Assembly: GCA_046563655.1 (NCBI GenBank)
Contig: CM102283.1
Location: 7,440,001 to 7,504,000 of the forward strand
DNA from: Yuukianura sp. NJ FZ-2021
Taxonomy: Eukaryota
Direction: 5' to 3'
DNA: 64,000 nt
A model generated the notes under the pieces. It did no database searches and was not told the origin of the DNA. It was given only the letters and a program-made list of their open reading frames with translations. This document shows positions 1 through 24,400 of this stretch, piece after piece. The position numbers and the translations under genes are program-made. How positions within the stretch are numbered: position 1 is the stretch's first letter; the number at the start of each line of letters is the position of its first letter.

Positions 1-890
1 TGGAACAGCACAAGTACAACACAGTACCTCAAAATCAGTGAGTGAAGTGGCATCAGCAGCATCCACGTTCAAAATGGAACAATTCAAAGATGTCATGTCG
101 CGAACATGGGAAGTTCGGCTGAAGGATATTGGCCAAACGTAAGCATTTCATTCATTCCATCTTAGGAAAGTTTTGAAAGTTAAACGTTTTAAATCTTTCA
201 CAGAATGAAGAAGGAATGTCCGTTATGTAAGAAAGAAATACTGTTGGCAGATTTCCTGGACCACAAAAAGAATCACATGGAAGTGTGTCACCATTGTCGT
301 AAACCAGTTCCCGTCACTGCTGTTGTGACTCATGGCCAAAGTCATGTCGGAGATGAAATCGTGTGTGAAATATGTGGTACACAGTGCAAACAACGGTCAA
401 CACTTTGGGAACACATGAATGTTCACCTCAAGTTGAAACCGATTCGATGTGTCTACTGTGGCCAAGGATTTGCCTCCAGAACCTCCCTGAGATGCCACTT
501 CCTCGCACTGCACACCAAGTTCCGTCCACATTCCTGCAGGTGAGGATCCACTTTTCAAAATACTGCCAGTATTATACTGGCAGCATCTTAGATTTTAGAA
601 CAGACTTTTGCATAACTAATTCGCCATGGTCAGATTTTGGTTTTACTTTTCGGTAGTGGTAGTGTCCAGTACAGCACTTTTCTTTTTGTTTAGTCCTGGT
701 CTTATTTTTTAGTTTGCTTTTTTGTATTGATTTTTTAAGGTTTTGTGGCAAATCGTTTGTTCAGCACACAACAATGTTGGCTCATGAATTGATTCATTTG
801 GGAACACAGTGTCCATCCTGCTCTAAATCCTTCACTACCCGTAAAGAAGTCCAAAATCATCTACGAGAAGAACATTCAATGGATAGCTGA
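1..890 (+). CDS. C2H2 zinc-finger protein, 3' part (5' end lies outside the window)
   Basis: Exons <1-138, 204-539, 740-890 with phase-consistent GT-AG introns. Several CxxC...HxxxH fingers (CEICG..HMNVH, CVYCG..HFLALH, CRFCG..HELIH, CPSCS..HLREEH). TGA at 888-890. Confidence 0.8.
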
Positions 891-1249
891 TGAATCTCCT
901 CCATTAGCTATTCGGGTAATTCAGGAAAATTAAGGTCTCTCTTACTACACACTTCTACGGTAATTAAAATAAATACGGTATTTATTTATGTAATAAACTA
1001 ATTAAAATGCAATTTAAATCAGAATGTGCTCAATGTAATTAGAATGAACTACTATGATTTTATATTTAGAAATTTTGAAAAAATCCATTTCTAACTTTTG
1101 GATTTGAAGCGTTAATTTCTTATGTCGCTAGAATTTAGTTTGTTAATTTTTTGGGTTAGTTGTTTTTAAAATCCAAATTCATAATTTGACAGAAAAGTAA
1201 AAGAGTAATAACAGAATGGAAATAAAATGTACAAGGACTGCTCAATTTT

Positions 1250-4202
1250 TCAATCAGAAAGTTCAAAATCAACAACTTGGTCTTCAATGTCATCAACCCT
1301 TTGATGTTTCTTAGCTTTCTTTTCTAAAACATTTTTCTTCTGTCCTTTGACCTTCTTAACTTTTGATTTTCCCTCTTCAGTAGACGATAGTTTTCGTTTT
1401 TTAGATTTCTTCGACTTTGATTTTTCTGGACTACCATTGGCAGTATCTTCCGCAGCTTCAGAAATGTCCAGTTTAGTCCGGAAAGAAGATTCTTCGTTAT
1501 CCGAATCTTCCTCTACTGGTTCGTCACGTGAAAACATTGGAGCACCAAACACATCTTCTTCTTCTGTAGCTTTCGATCTGGATGCTGCCTTCGATACTGG
1601 TTTGGGAATACGCCGTTCATCCTTGGTTTCACTTTGATTCTTCTTCGATTTCGCTACGAATTTAGCATTTAGTTTGAAGTAGTCTCTAGCATAGGCGAGA
1701 ATTGGTGGTTCTGGTTTCGAAGTTTCAATTTGAACACGCAGAATTTGGTGTGACTTTTGGTCTACTAGAGACACGAGACCTTCGTCCATGGCCTTGGTTC
1801 GCTTGGCTTTGATGAAATCACTGTGCGCTTCGATCTGAAAAAAGTATAAGATCATAGCATTAACACTCTTCTGAACTAATACTGCTAGAAATGCAAAATT
1901 TTGGAGCGTACCTTCTCAATTAGCGTCTTGTACTTCTTAGAAACCTCAGCATTTCGACAACTCTTCTTGATGAAAGCCTTCAACTGCATGAGAGTTGGCG
2001 TAACTACTTCAGGGAAAGCCAGTTCAGTAGCAATTGCCTTACAAGTACCAAGAATACCGTCGAACACTGACTCAGAAACGGCCTTGAAGTAACCACTTTC
2101 TTCTGAATCAGCTTTCAGGCAACACTGAAGATCCAGGGGACGAACTGAAAACTTCCCAGACGTCTTTCCAGTAAAATCTGTCATGTTTAGGACTTCGGTT
2201 ACAAGAGGTAGAATCGGGATGAAGATTTTTGTTTTGTCTTGCAGAGTAATCAGCATTCTAATGATATGAAATCGAAGTGGAATATATTTTCTTGTAGGAA
2301 TCAGCTTGATAGTTCCTAGACAAATCTGAAAGCATAAAATCGGAAATCATTAGTGTTTCAATCGCGTAGAACTAATTATTAATCGAGTACTGCTCAGTTT
2401 ACTATTCAACTTACCTGAACCACGGGATACACCAGAAGACGAAGAGATTCATCTCCTGCTCCGATAGACCGTGCGAGTAGATCTGTCCAGACGTGGACAG
2501 AATGGACAAACTGCCATGAATAAACTATACGCGAAGCATCCTTCTTGCCTTGTTTTCCTTGTTGCTCTGCCGTCCCAGCAGTAACGGCATTTCTAAGGTG
2601 AATCGCCAGTTGACGTATAAAAGGAAACGCCACGGCGTAACAAGCTTCAGTATCAAGCAAATACGCTTCCACTAAACTGCCCCGCATGAAGTTGATTGCT
2701 GGCCAACTATTGACGGATGTAAACTTGCTGTTGGCCACATATGCAATGTACATTTGCTAAAAACAAAAGTGAAACTGATTTAGCTTGATTCATGTCAACT
2801 TCATTCGGAGTATAGTTATACCTTGAGCACTCTAGCAAGGTAGACCGTCTTGTTGTAATTTGTCATGCGTATGATTGATAGAAAAGCAGCTACACGGCAA
2901 GAGTCTTCTCCAGTTGACCAAATGTTGATAAACGTTTTGAGTAATTTGAAACTCTTGGTGGTCATCAGAGCCCAGAATCCGCTCATCTTTTGACAATGTC
3001 GGAGCACTGCAGCAATAGCCTCAGGGTTACCCATTGACTTTAGAAACTTAAAAGTAAACAAAATAGAATTGTTAAATCCGAGAACTAAAGTTTCAGTTAA
3101 CTTAGGTTTGAACTTACTGTGACGAGAGATTTCATATAGGCCTTAATTTTTGGGCGGAGCCGTACCCACTTCCCCTTTGATTTTTCCATTACATCTTGAG
3201 GATTTTCATCAAATCGTTTTTCGGAGAAGGCGATGTTGTTACTTCCGCAGAGAAACCGCACACAAAAGCTCTTTATGTTTCTAATACACAGTCGCATCAA
3301 GGCATTGAAATTGGCAGATCCTTCTATACGCCACTTCAACCCCGTAGGGGCCTCTTCTTTCAAGATGGATTCAACAGCACATTCAAAAGCTTCAATCACG
3401 TTGCTAAGAATCCCCAAGTCTCTGAAATAGAATTAACAAGGTTAAATTTATAACCGAGAACCAATAGGCATTTCAGAAATCGCTTTTCAGCAAAAGATGA
3501 TTCATACTTTGTCGTCGAAAGAGTCTTTTCCCAGTTAGCAATTACATGAAGGTTTACAATTCCCTTCTTCAAATAAACTGCTAATTTTTGCTTGTGCTCT
3601 TTTGATTGGTCATCCAGTAGCTCCTCCTCAGCTTCCGAATCGGAGGCAACCTGAAAATACGAAATAATTTTATTATGAAAAGGTCAATGGTAAATACTAA
3701 GCGGTGTAATATTTAAGCTCACCTCAAGACCACCAGGCTTATGAACTGCGTCTATTTTGTCTTCGTCGTCGTCGTCATCCTCAGACGAATCTTCGCCAGC
3801 ATCAAAGTTAAGCAACTCAGCATCATTTTCCTTCAGGTAACTAAAAAAATCTGGATCGCTCTTGGCTAGGTTTTTGAGAGATTTCTTATGCTGCTTGAGA
3901 CTGGTTTCTTCGGTGTCACTGTCGTCCTCGTCCGGCATTTCACCCTCTTGATCCTCGCCTTCGTCATCGTCGTCAGCCTCTTGGTCTTCATCTATCTCAT
4001 CTTCGTCTTGTTCATCGTCGTCTTCTAGTCCTCCATTGTCGTCGTCTTCGCCACTGCCTTCAATGCTAGCGTCATCGTCGTCCATATCATCTTCATCGCC
4101 CATTTCATCTTGGTCTTTTACGTCGTCCTCCAGCGTCTCCAGAAACTCATCGAAGCTCTCCATCTTTGTATTTTTAGGCTTTCCCGTCTTCATCTTCACC
4201 AT
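1250..4202 (-). CDS. NOC2L: Nucleolar complex protein 2 homolog
   Basis: Exons about 4202-3723, 3650-3508, 3421-3118, 3046-2822, 2756-2415, 2325-1912, 1834-1250. Acidic N-terminus followed by HKKSLKNLAKSDPDFFSYLKENDAELLNF. Noc2-domain motifs WSTGEDSCRVAAFL, AFPFIRQLAIHLRNA, VYSWQFVHS, LVYPVVQ, YIPLRFH, FIPILP, AFPE. Confidence 0.92.
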
Positions 4203-4393
4203 TTTCTAAAAAACAAACAAAATCAGTAAATGTATGGTCCAACACTACTTTTTGAAATACGAAATTACTTGTAATAGTATAAGATCTAGTTAATTAAATG
4301 CCTTACGCTTATGTTTCTTCCGTAACGTTGGTTATATCGTGAAACGTCTCTTCAATTGGCGACACTTCAGAAATTCAGCATTGAAATTTCAAC

Positions 4394-4402
4394 AACACGT
4401 GC
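4394..4402. promoter_or_regulatory. Myc-type E-box (AACACGTGC) near the NOC2L transcription start
   Basis: CACGTG at 4396-4401, about 90 bp upstream of a putative NOC2L 5'UTR donor (4305-4306). TSS-proximal E-boxes are typical of insect ribosome-biogenesis Myc targets. Confidence 0.45.
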
Positions 4403-5224
4403 TTTTATTTTCCTTCTAATAAGCTGACAATTTGAATTACTCCGCTGTTTTTTCTTTTTGCCAATCAGAAGCGTCACTCCCACCTCCAGCGTTGCCACTT
4501 TTTTGCCTATTGCATTTCATCAAAATGCATTTCAAATTCAAGCAAATGGCAAAACGAGCAATTTATATTTAAATTGAAAGCGATTCTGATATCATCTGTG
4601 CCAATTATTTGATACAAAACTAAGTCGAAGTCATTAATAAATTTAGTCTAATTAAAGCCATAACATTTTATGTTCAAAAGTTGATTTTTAAAGTTTGTAA
4701 TTTACTAAAAAGAATACAAAAAGCCTTTGAAAAGATAAATTGGAATTGGTATTTCGAAATTAATATTGCATTTGGCAAAACTCTTCTTATTTTTTTTTGT
4801 CTGTTTTTCTCTAAAATCTTCTCTTGCATCTTGTAGTAATTTCCTTCACTCTGCAATTATTTTATCGCTTTGGTATTTTAAGTTCAGTCTCACTTTGGCT
4901 CTTCAGCTGTTGAGTTCTTAGGTTTTGAGAGTTTAAAAGTGTTGCAGATAACATGGTTAATTGCTTAAGTAAGGTTTAATTACACTACGTTTAATAGCAG
5001 GGAAATCGGGATTATTCGTAAAACATTGGTAAATCAGCAGTTCGTCAAATTTGGAATTGCATATTCACTATTCACATCAACACAACAAGCAGGTATAGCA
5101 GAGCGGAGACGAATTGAGAGTGAGGTAAATCAATCACCTTACTTAATCTTTAATCATACAAACACAAAGGTTCTACGATTACTAGTTAAGTCAGTAGCTA
5201 CGGTTACGCATTAGAAGAGGGTTG

Positions 5225-5402
5225 GGTTGGAGAGTAGCAATGGGGTCCGTTTTTCTTTTAGTGTGAGTTAGGTTATCAAATCAGGACACAGTGCACCTTC
5301 AACACCTAACCTAACCTAACTCAGGGACTGTGCACTGTGTCCTGATTTGATAAACATAGCTCACACTAAAAGAAAAACGGACCCCTTTGCTACTCTCCAA
5401 CC
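5225..5402. mobile_element. Foldback MITE (non-autonomous DNA transposon) with ~72-bp TIRs and 8-bp TSD
   Basis: Arms 5225-5296 and 5330-5402 are near-perfect reverse complements. Identical GAGGGTTG flanks both ends (5217-5224 and 5403-5410). The loop contains (CCTAA)3. Confidence 0.88.
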
Positions 5403-5843
5403 GAGGGTTGTACTAGTTCTAGTTAACACTATTGAATCGTTAGTTACCGTTAAAACTAACGTTCCTCTCGGGGTATCCCGGCTTTCGTATTATGGTTTAA
5501 AGACTCCGGATCCCGGAGGTTAACCTAGTTAACCAACTTTATTTCAGAATTTTTATTTTCGTTTTTTATTTTTTGTTCATCACAGGACAGCATACACGCA
5601 CTGCTGACACTTTTTCTGGGTTTACCGTTGGCCATCATCCTCTTTTGTTCCCGATTTACTTAATGTCAGCATAGTAAAAAGGTCAACCTACATCGTCTAC
5701 TTGTAGCGGCTCAGCATGACATTCAAAAGAGCAAAGGTCGACAAGTGGCTGTCGTGAAAGATAATACTATTGGTAACGTTGGGAACGTGATCCTGATCCT
5801 GGAGGAAGGAGCTTATGTTCATGGATAACATTTGGCCATCATC

Positions 5844-19135
<13,292 letters not shown>

Positions 19136-20081
19136 GATGGGAACCGCTTGAACTCTGAATTGAGTCTTTCAGAATACCCTTCATCTTCTTTCCACTCTTT
19201 CTATAACGCCAACGTTTTTATAATGTCGCGCTAAACGTAAATTTCAGTGCTTGTTCTTATGCCTAAAAGTGCTCATGCAGTAGTACGTTAAAATAAGGTT
19301 AAGATTTTGACACTGTTGACTAAGTTATTACATACAGATACAAACTGTGCTGCAAAAGTGACGTTAATTCGAAAATAGGTTTATAAAAAACTACTGTCGC
19401 TAGATGTTACACTCGGAACTGTCTTTCGTGCCAAGAAGTGCATACGGAACCACTACTCGTCTCTCGTTTTTGTCAATCAGCGTATTCAACAACACTTCGT
19501 CCAATTCAGGAGAACACTAAGAGTTTAGTAGCTTAAGAATAATTTATACATAATTTAGTAAATCATGAAAAAATTTATTTCCAAATTAGAGCTGAGTTGC
19601 GTTTTGCAAAAAGTTGCAGGAACAAGGAGGAAATGGCGTTTAAGCTTATTTTCATATTATTTCTTATTGTTTGTCTTCTCTGTTTAGAATTTAAGTTATG
19701 CAAAATCTATGTTCTGTCAGGGATTTTGATTTTCAATTTTCAAAATTTAGTTTAGTTTTTGAAAGGCGAATCAACAACACAGAAAGACTGAACTAAAAAG
19801 AACATGAAAATTAAGTTGCACAGCCTCTGGCGCTTAAAACTCGGAATTTCCTTTAAAAAACGGATTTTGATTTAACTACGTGTACCTTTTTCTGCTTCGT
19901 TATTTAGAACGTGTAAAATTTAAGTTAAACATGGAAATAAAAGTAACATGAGACAACAGTAACACGTTGGTGAAGTTTTAATTAACTTGGTCTAATTATA
20001 AAATTTAAATTATAAAATTCATCAAGAAACCTAAAAATAACGTTAACTTTTTGTCAAAATTTGATCAAATTTGGAAGATGC

Positions 20082-20918
20082 GTTGTTTGGCGAAATTTTG
20101 TGTAGTGTAGTTCAGCATGTTGAATTGAGGTGGGGACAGGGAGTCACAGAAATCTTTTTTTTTTTGAAGCCACAGAAATTGGAAAGTGGAAATTCTGAGA
20201 AATTTTTAAAACCGGAGATTTGAAGCTCTTTGTAACGGGAGTTGAAAAAGTTGAGCAGAAAAGTGACCACTTTTGAATGGATTAATCCCCAAACTTTTTC
20301 GTCCCATTCAAACTATTTCCATACAAAATATTTCAAAATTCGAAAATTTAATTCTGCTATAACTTTTGATCAGCTCAATTCCGAGGAAATCTGATTGCAG
20401 ATTCGGATTCAGCGACTCAAGATCTATGCGAATCCACATTCAAAAGTGGACATTTCGAATTTCCGTTTTTCTAAAAAAAAATGACAACTTTTAGATTAAG
20501 TTGAAGGTTCCTCTCGAAAACTGACCGGAGCTATGCGGAGATCATACGGTCAGAAAAGGCTCCCTGCCGTCCTCGACTTTTTCCCTCCGCTGACATTTCC
20601 ATACAAAAATCAGACATGGGGAAGCCCTTTTCGCTCCGTATAATCTCCGATCTCAATTCTAACAAAATCACATGAAACTTTACTACTGCTCGTATTTGCA
20701 AACTTCTAAAAATTTCAACTTTTTTGCCATTTCTGCAACTCCATTGGTCGGCTCAAGTTGCAGAATACAAATTCACATAATTTAGTGCAAAAAATTGGCT
20801 AAAGACGCCGGTGCAAAATTTTATGAAATTTCAAAAAAAAGTTAATGTTGGCTTGATATACTTGCATAATTAAAATTTTAATTGCATAAAATTGCGTGCA
20901 AAATTTTCCACAAACAAC
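20082..20918 (+). mobile_element. Dispersed ~0.8 kb non-coding repeat, copy 1 (probable non-autonomous DNA transposon)
   Basis: Core 20200-20860 matches the reverse complement of 36120-36780 (e.g. GAAGCTCTTTGTAACGGGAGTTGAAAAAGTTGAG, GATCTATGCGAATCCACATTCAAAAGTGGACATTTCGAAT, CTGCAACTCCATTGGTCGGCTCAAG). Degenerate GTTGTTT...AAACAAC ends. Boundaries approximate. Confidence 0.75.
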
Positions 20919-21483
20919 ATAAGAAGAAAGGCAATGGAAAATCCCATAAAAATTGCTGGAAAGTTCAAATATTCGAAAGTGCTTCAAGATTTACTTAAGT
21001 CATATCCCACGGTTGGACTGGAATGCATTTTGATCCAGAGAGTGGACTGCTGGAGCCTTATATTTTGCCAAACCACGCCCAACAAAATTTCTGTAATTTT
21101 TTTATGCTATCGAAGATTGGCAATTGTTTAAGATGATGGTTATGGATTGTTGTTAGGTGGGGATGTTCCTGTCTGAGGCTGGTCCACCGTGACTCATTGG
21201 CCCATCTTGAACTTGAGCTACTCCCATTTGGACTTCTTTTGTGTGAAGACAATGCGAAGACGTAAGGAAGGAGCAGGTAGGCGGACTGCGTAGACTTGTG
21301 TGCTTCAGACAGGTAGTCACTTGGACGATTACGAACTGAAGAAGCTCCTGGTTTCTCACCAACATCCATCAACAGTAGCACATCATTCCTAACACTAAGG
21401 AACAATAACATGTGGACCCTTGACCCCTCGAATTGTTAACCTCAAGTATTTCAATTTCCGAGTTCCAGCATATCAGCGTCAGC

Positions 21484-24400
21484 ATGGAGACATTTGTGCT
21501 GATTCCGGAAGAACTTTCTCTGGAGCGTCTCGAAGGAGAAAGTAGCATTCGTGTTGTGGCCAATCAGCAACTCCTCCCACGCGGTCTCCGCTTTTCTCCC
21601 TTCCAAGGAACACTACGGACTGATGGAAATCTGGAGTCAGGACTTCCCAAGGGAAAGTTACCCTCTTGGGGTGGACTAAGGGCCACTTCATGGGTGAGTT
21701 TTTCGAAAAGTTTCAGAAAACAGCATCTTCTTCCTTTCTAAAATTTGTTGGTTACTAAGCTGAAAGCAGCTAAAACATTAACTTTTAAAAATTTGAACAA
21801 AACTTTTAAATTAGGTTGGTATTTTTTATGAACATCATTCTGAAAAGCATTCTGACCGTGAAAGGGACAGTTGATGAAAGAAAAGGCAAGGGAAAGTTGG
21901 GAGCCGAGTATTTTGGTGGCTTGTTGCTTATGAATTTTAACTTTTTTTTCTTGCTTTTGAAATTTTGAAGGTTCGTTTTCTTCGAGAGTGTCCACAAATT
22001 TCGAAGGAAGTGAATTTAGTAGAAATGATTCTGCCGGGAGGTCAAGTGATCTACGAAGTTCATCGACCGATCACTCTGGGAGAGGAACTTGTGCTTTTCT
22101 CCACTGAACCTCCACTGCCCTTTACCAAAGCCCTTAAGGAAGCTATCTTTGAGGAAACCATGAAAGCACTCCTGCTAGAAGTACCACTTGACCTATCCAC
22201 CTCACTCTTTCATTCACATGTAAGTCACAAATTACTTTTCTAGTATACTTTCTTCCTGAATGAAAGTTTTCTCCAATTTGAATTTTTAAGTTAGAGCTTT
22301 TAAACTCCGAACGGTTTTCAACCGATAATGAAACGCTTTACCTGAATAATTAGCGGAAAATTTTTCTTCCGACCACAATTTATTGACTGGAGCTTGTGTT
22401 AATCAAAATTTGTTATCGTTTTTTTCGATTCTTGGACATTTTTTTTAGAAAAAAGAAATCTGGGAAGACGAATCCTGGATTTCGCCGACGCTGACGCTTT
22501 TGTCTGAACCGTCATCAACGTCTTCTCCAGCCTCTGCCAAATCAACCACCAAAAGAACGCGCTCGCTCCTCCCTTGCAGCGTTTGCTCAAAAGCTTTCGA
22601 TCGGCCCTCCCTCCTCAAGCGTCACATGAGGACACATACAGGTAAGTCTTTTTTTGAAAAAAAAAGTATACTGTAGAAAGTCAAAAGGTGTGATGGTGTT
22701 TTAAAAAAACAATATTTTGGAAATTTTTAAATTTTCATAAATGAGGAAAATATACTTCAGTGAATTTGTTAGCCTAATCCTGACTTTTTCCAAAAATCCT
22801 TCTGTAGAAAGTTAGAAGGTGAGATGTTGCTTTAAAAAATAAATTTTTTGGAATTTTTTAAATTTCCATAAATGAGGAAAATATACTTTAGTGAATTTGT
22901 TAGCCTAATCCTGACTTTTTCCAAAAATCCTTCTGTAGAAAGTTAGAAGGTGAGATGTTGCTTTAAAAAATAAATTTTTTGGAATTTTTTAAATTTCCAT
23001 AAATAAGGAAAATATACTTCAGTGAATTTGTTAGCCTAATCCTGACTTTTTCCAAAAATCCTTCTGAAGAAAGTTAGAAGGTGTGATGGTGTTTTAAAAA
23101 AAAACAATATTTTGGAATTTTTTAAATTTGCATAAATGAGAAAAAATGCATTTAAGGGAATTTTTTGGCTTTTCTGTACTTTTCTCCTAAAAACGCTAGA
23201 AAGTTAGAATAATGTGATGTCCTTTTAAGAAAACAATATTTTGGAAAAAATTTAATTTCTGATCAGGAAAACACACTTCTGAGAGTTTCAGTTTAGTAAC
23301 GACTCTCCACAAAAGTACTACGCTAAAAAGTTGGGCGTGGTATGTGCACAGGTCAAATGTTTAGGTAAAAATTTTCATAAATTGAATTCTAAACGACTTT
23401 TGGTGACATTTAGGTGAAAAACCACATGCGTGTGACATTTGTGGTAAGGGCTTCTCGACATCTTCATCTCTAAATACCCACCGACGGATCCACTCTGGTG
23501 AAAAACCACATGAATGTCCAACGTGTGGCAAGCGATTCACAGCCTCCTCCAACCTCTACTACCACCGAATGACCCATGTCAAGGTCAGTAGTCACCGCCC
23601 TTTAAATTTCAAACACATTCTATATGACATTAACAAGAGCTAACTTTTATCTTCCCACATCTTTCTCAAGTCCAAGTACCCTCCGTTGACTTTTATTACA
23701 AGTTCACTAGTTCACTTCTTTAAAAAAACAAAAGTCTTGTCTTCTATTTGCGTGCAAGAATCTTTAATAACTTTTCAACGTTTTGTGTTATTATTCTTTT
23801 GAATTTATGACTACTTCCGTGCATGTTTATGACCTTTAGCCTCCCTATCTGCTCCAACTTTCTTCTGGAAGTGATAGACTCCCAGGGGGGACTTGAAACT
23901 TCTGGACTACTACTTTTTTTTGCATAAGGGCCTTAGCTTTTGTTTCTTCTTCTTCAAAAGATCCCGTGTCTAACCCTGTCGTGCCTTTGTATTTCTCTGA
24001 TCTTGGTGATAAGTGTTTTGATGCCTTTGGCTTTTAAAAAAACTTTGAAGAGAAAACGAAAACCGGTAAGTTAATAATCCATCAAAAGTCCAATGGAATC
24101 CATCCCATCTGGTGCTCTGGCGTAACCTTAGGTTCACCAACCAAAGTTTTACTTCAGTACCGTAAAATATCTTATAAGAGCCCTATTTCCAATATAAGCC
24201 GGGTAACATAAATTACGATTTTGACTATAACAAGTCGCACTAGAGGCTCTAAAACAAATAGACGCCTCGACAGGTTACAAGCCCTAGGGAAGTTATTCGG
24301 AGTTTTACGGTATTTGGTGGTGGTGTGCTGTAGTTGATGTCTTGCATGGAGATGAGTCTAAAGAAGATCTACTTTTTAAATGATCTGCTTGGGTTTTTGG

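Noticed and set aside
22671-23250. CRISPR-like array
   Set aside because: Whole 131-bp units repeat with no unique spacers, the context is eukaryotic, and there are no cas genes.
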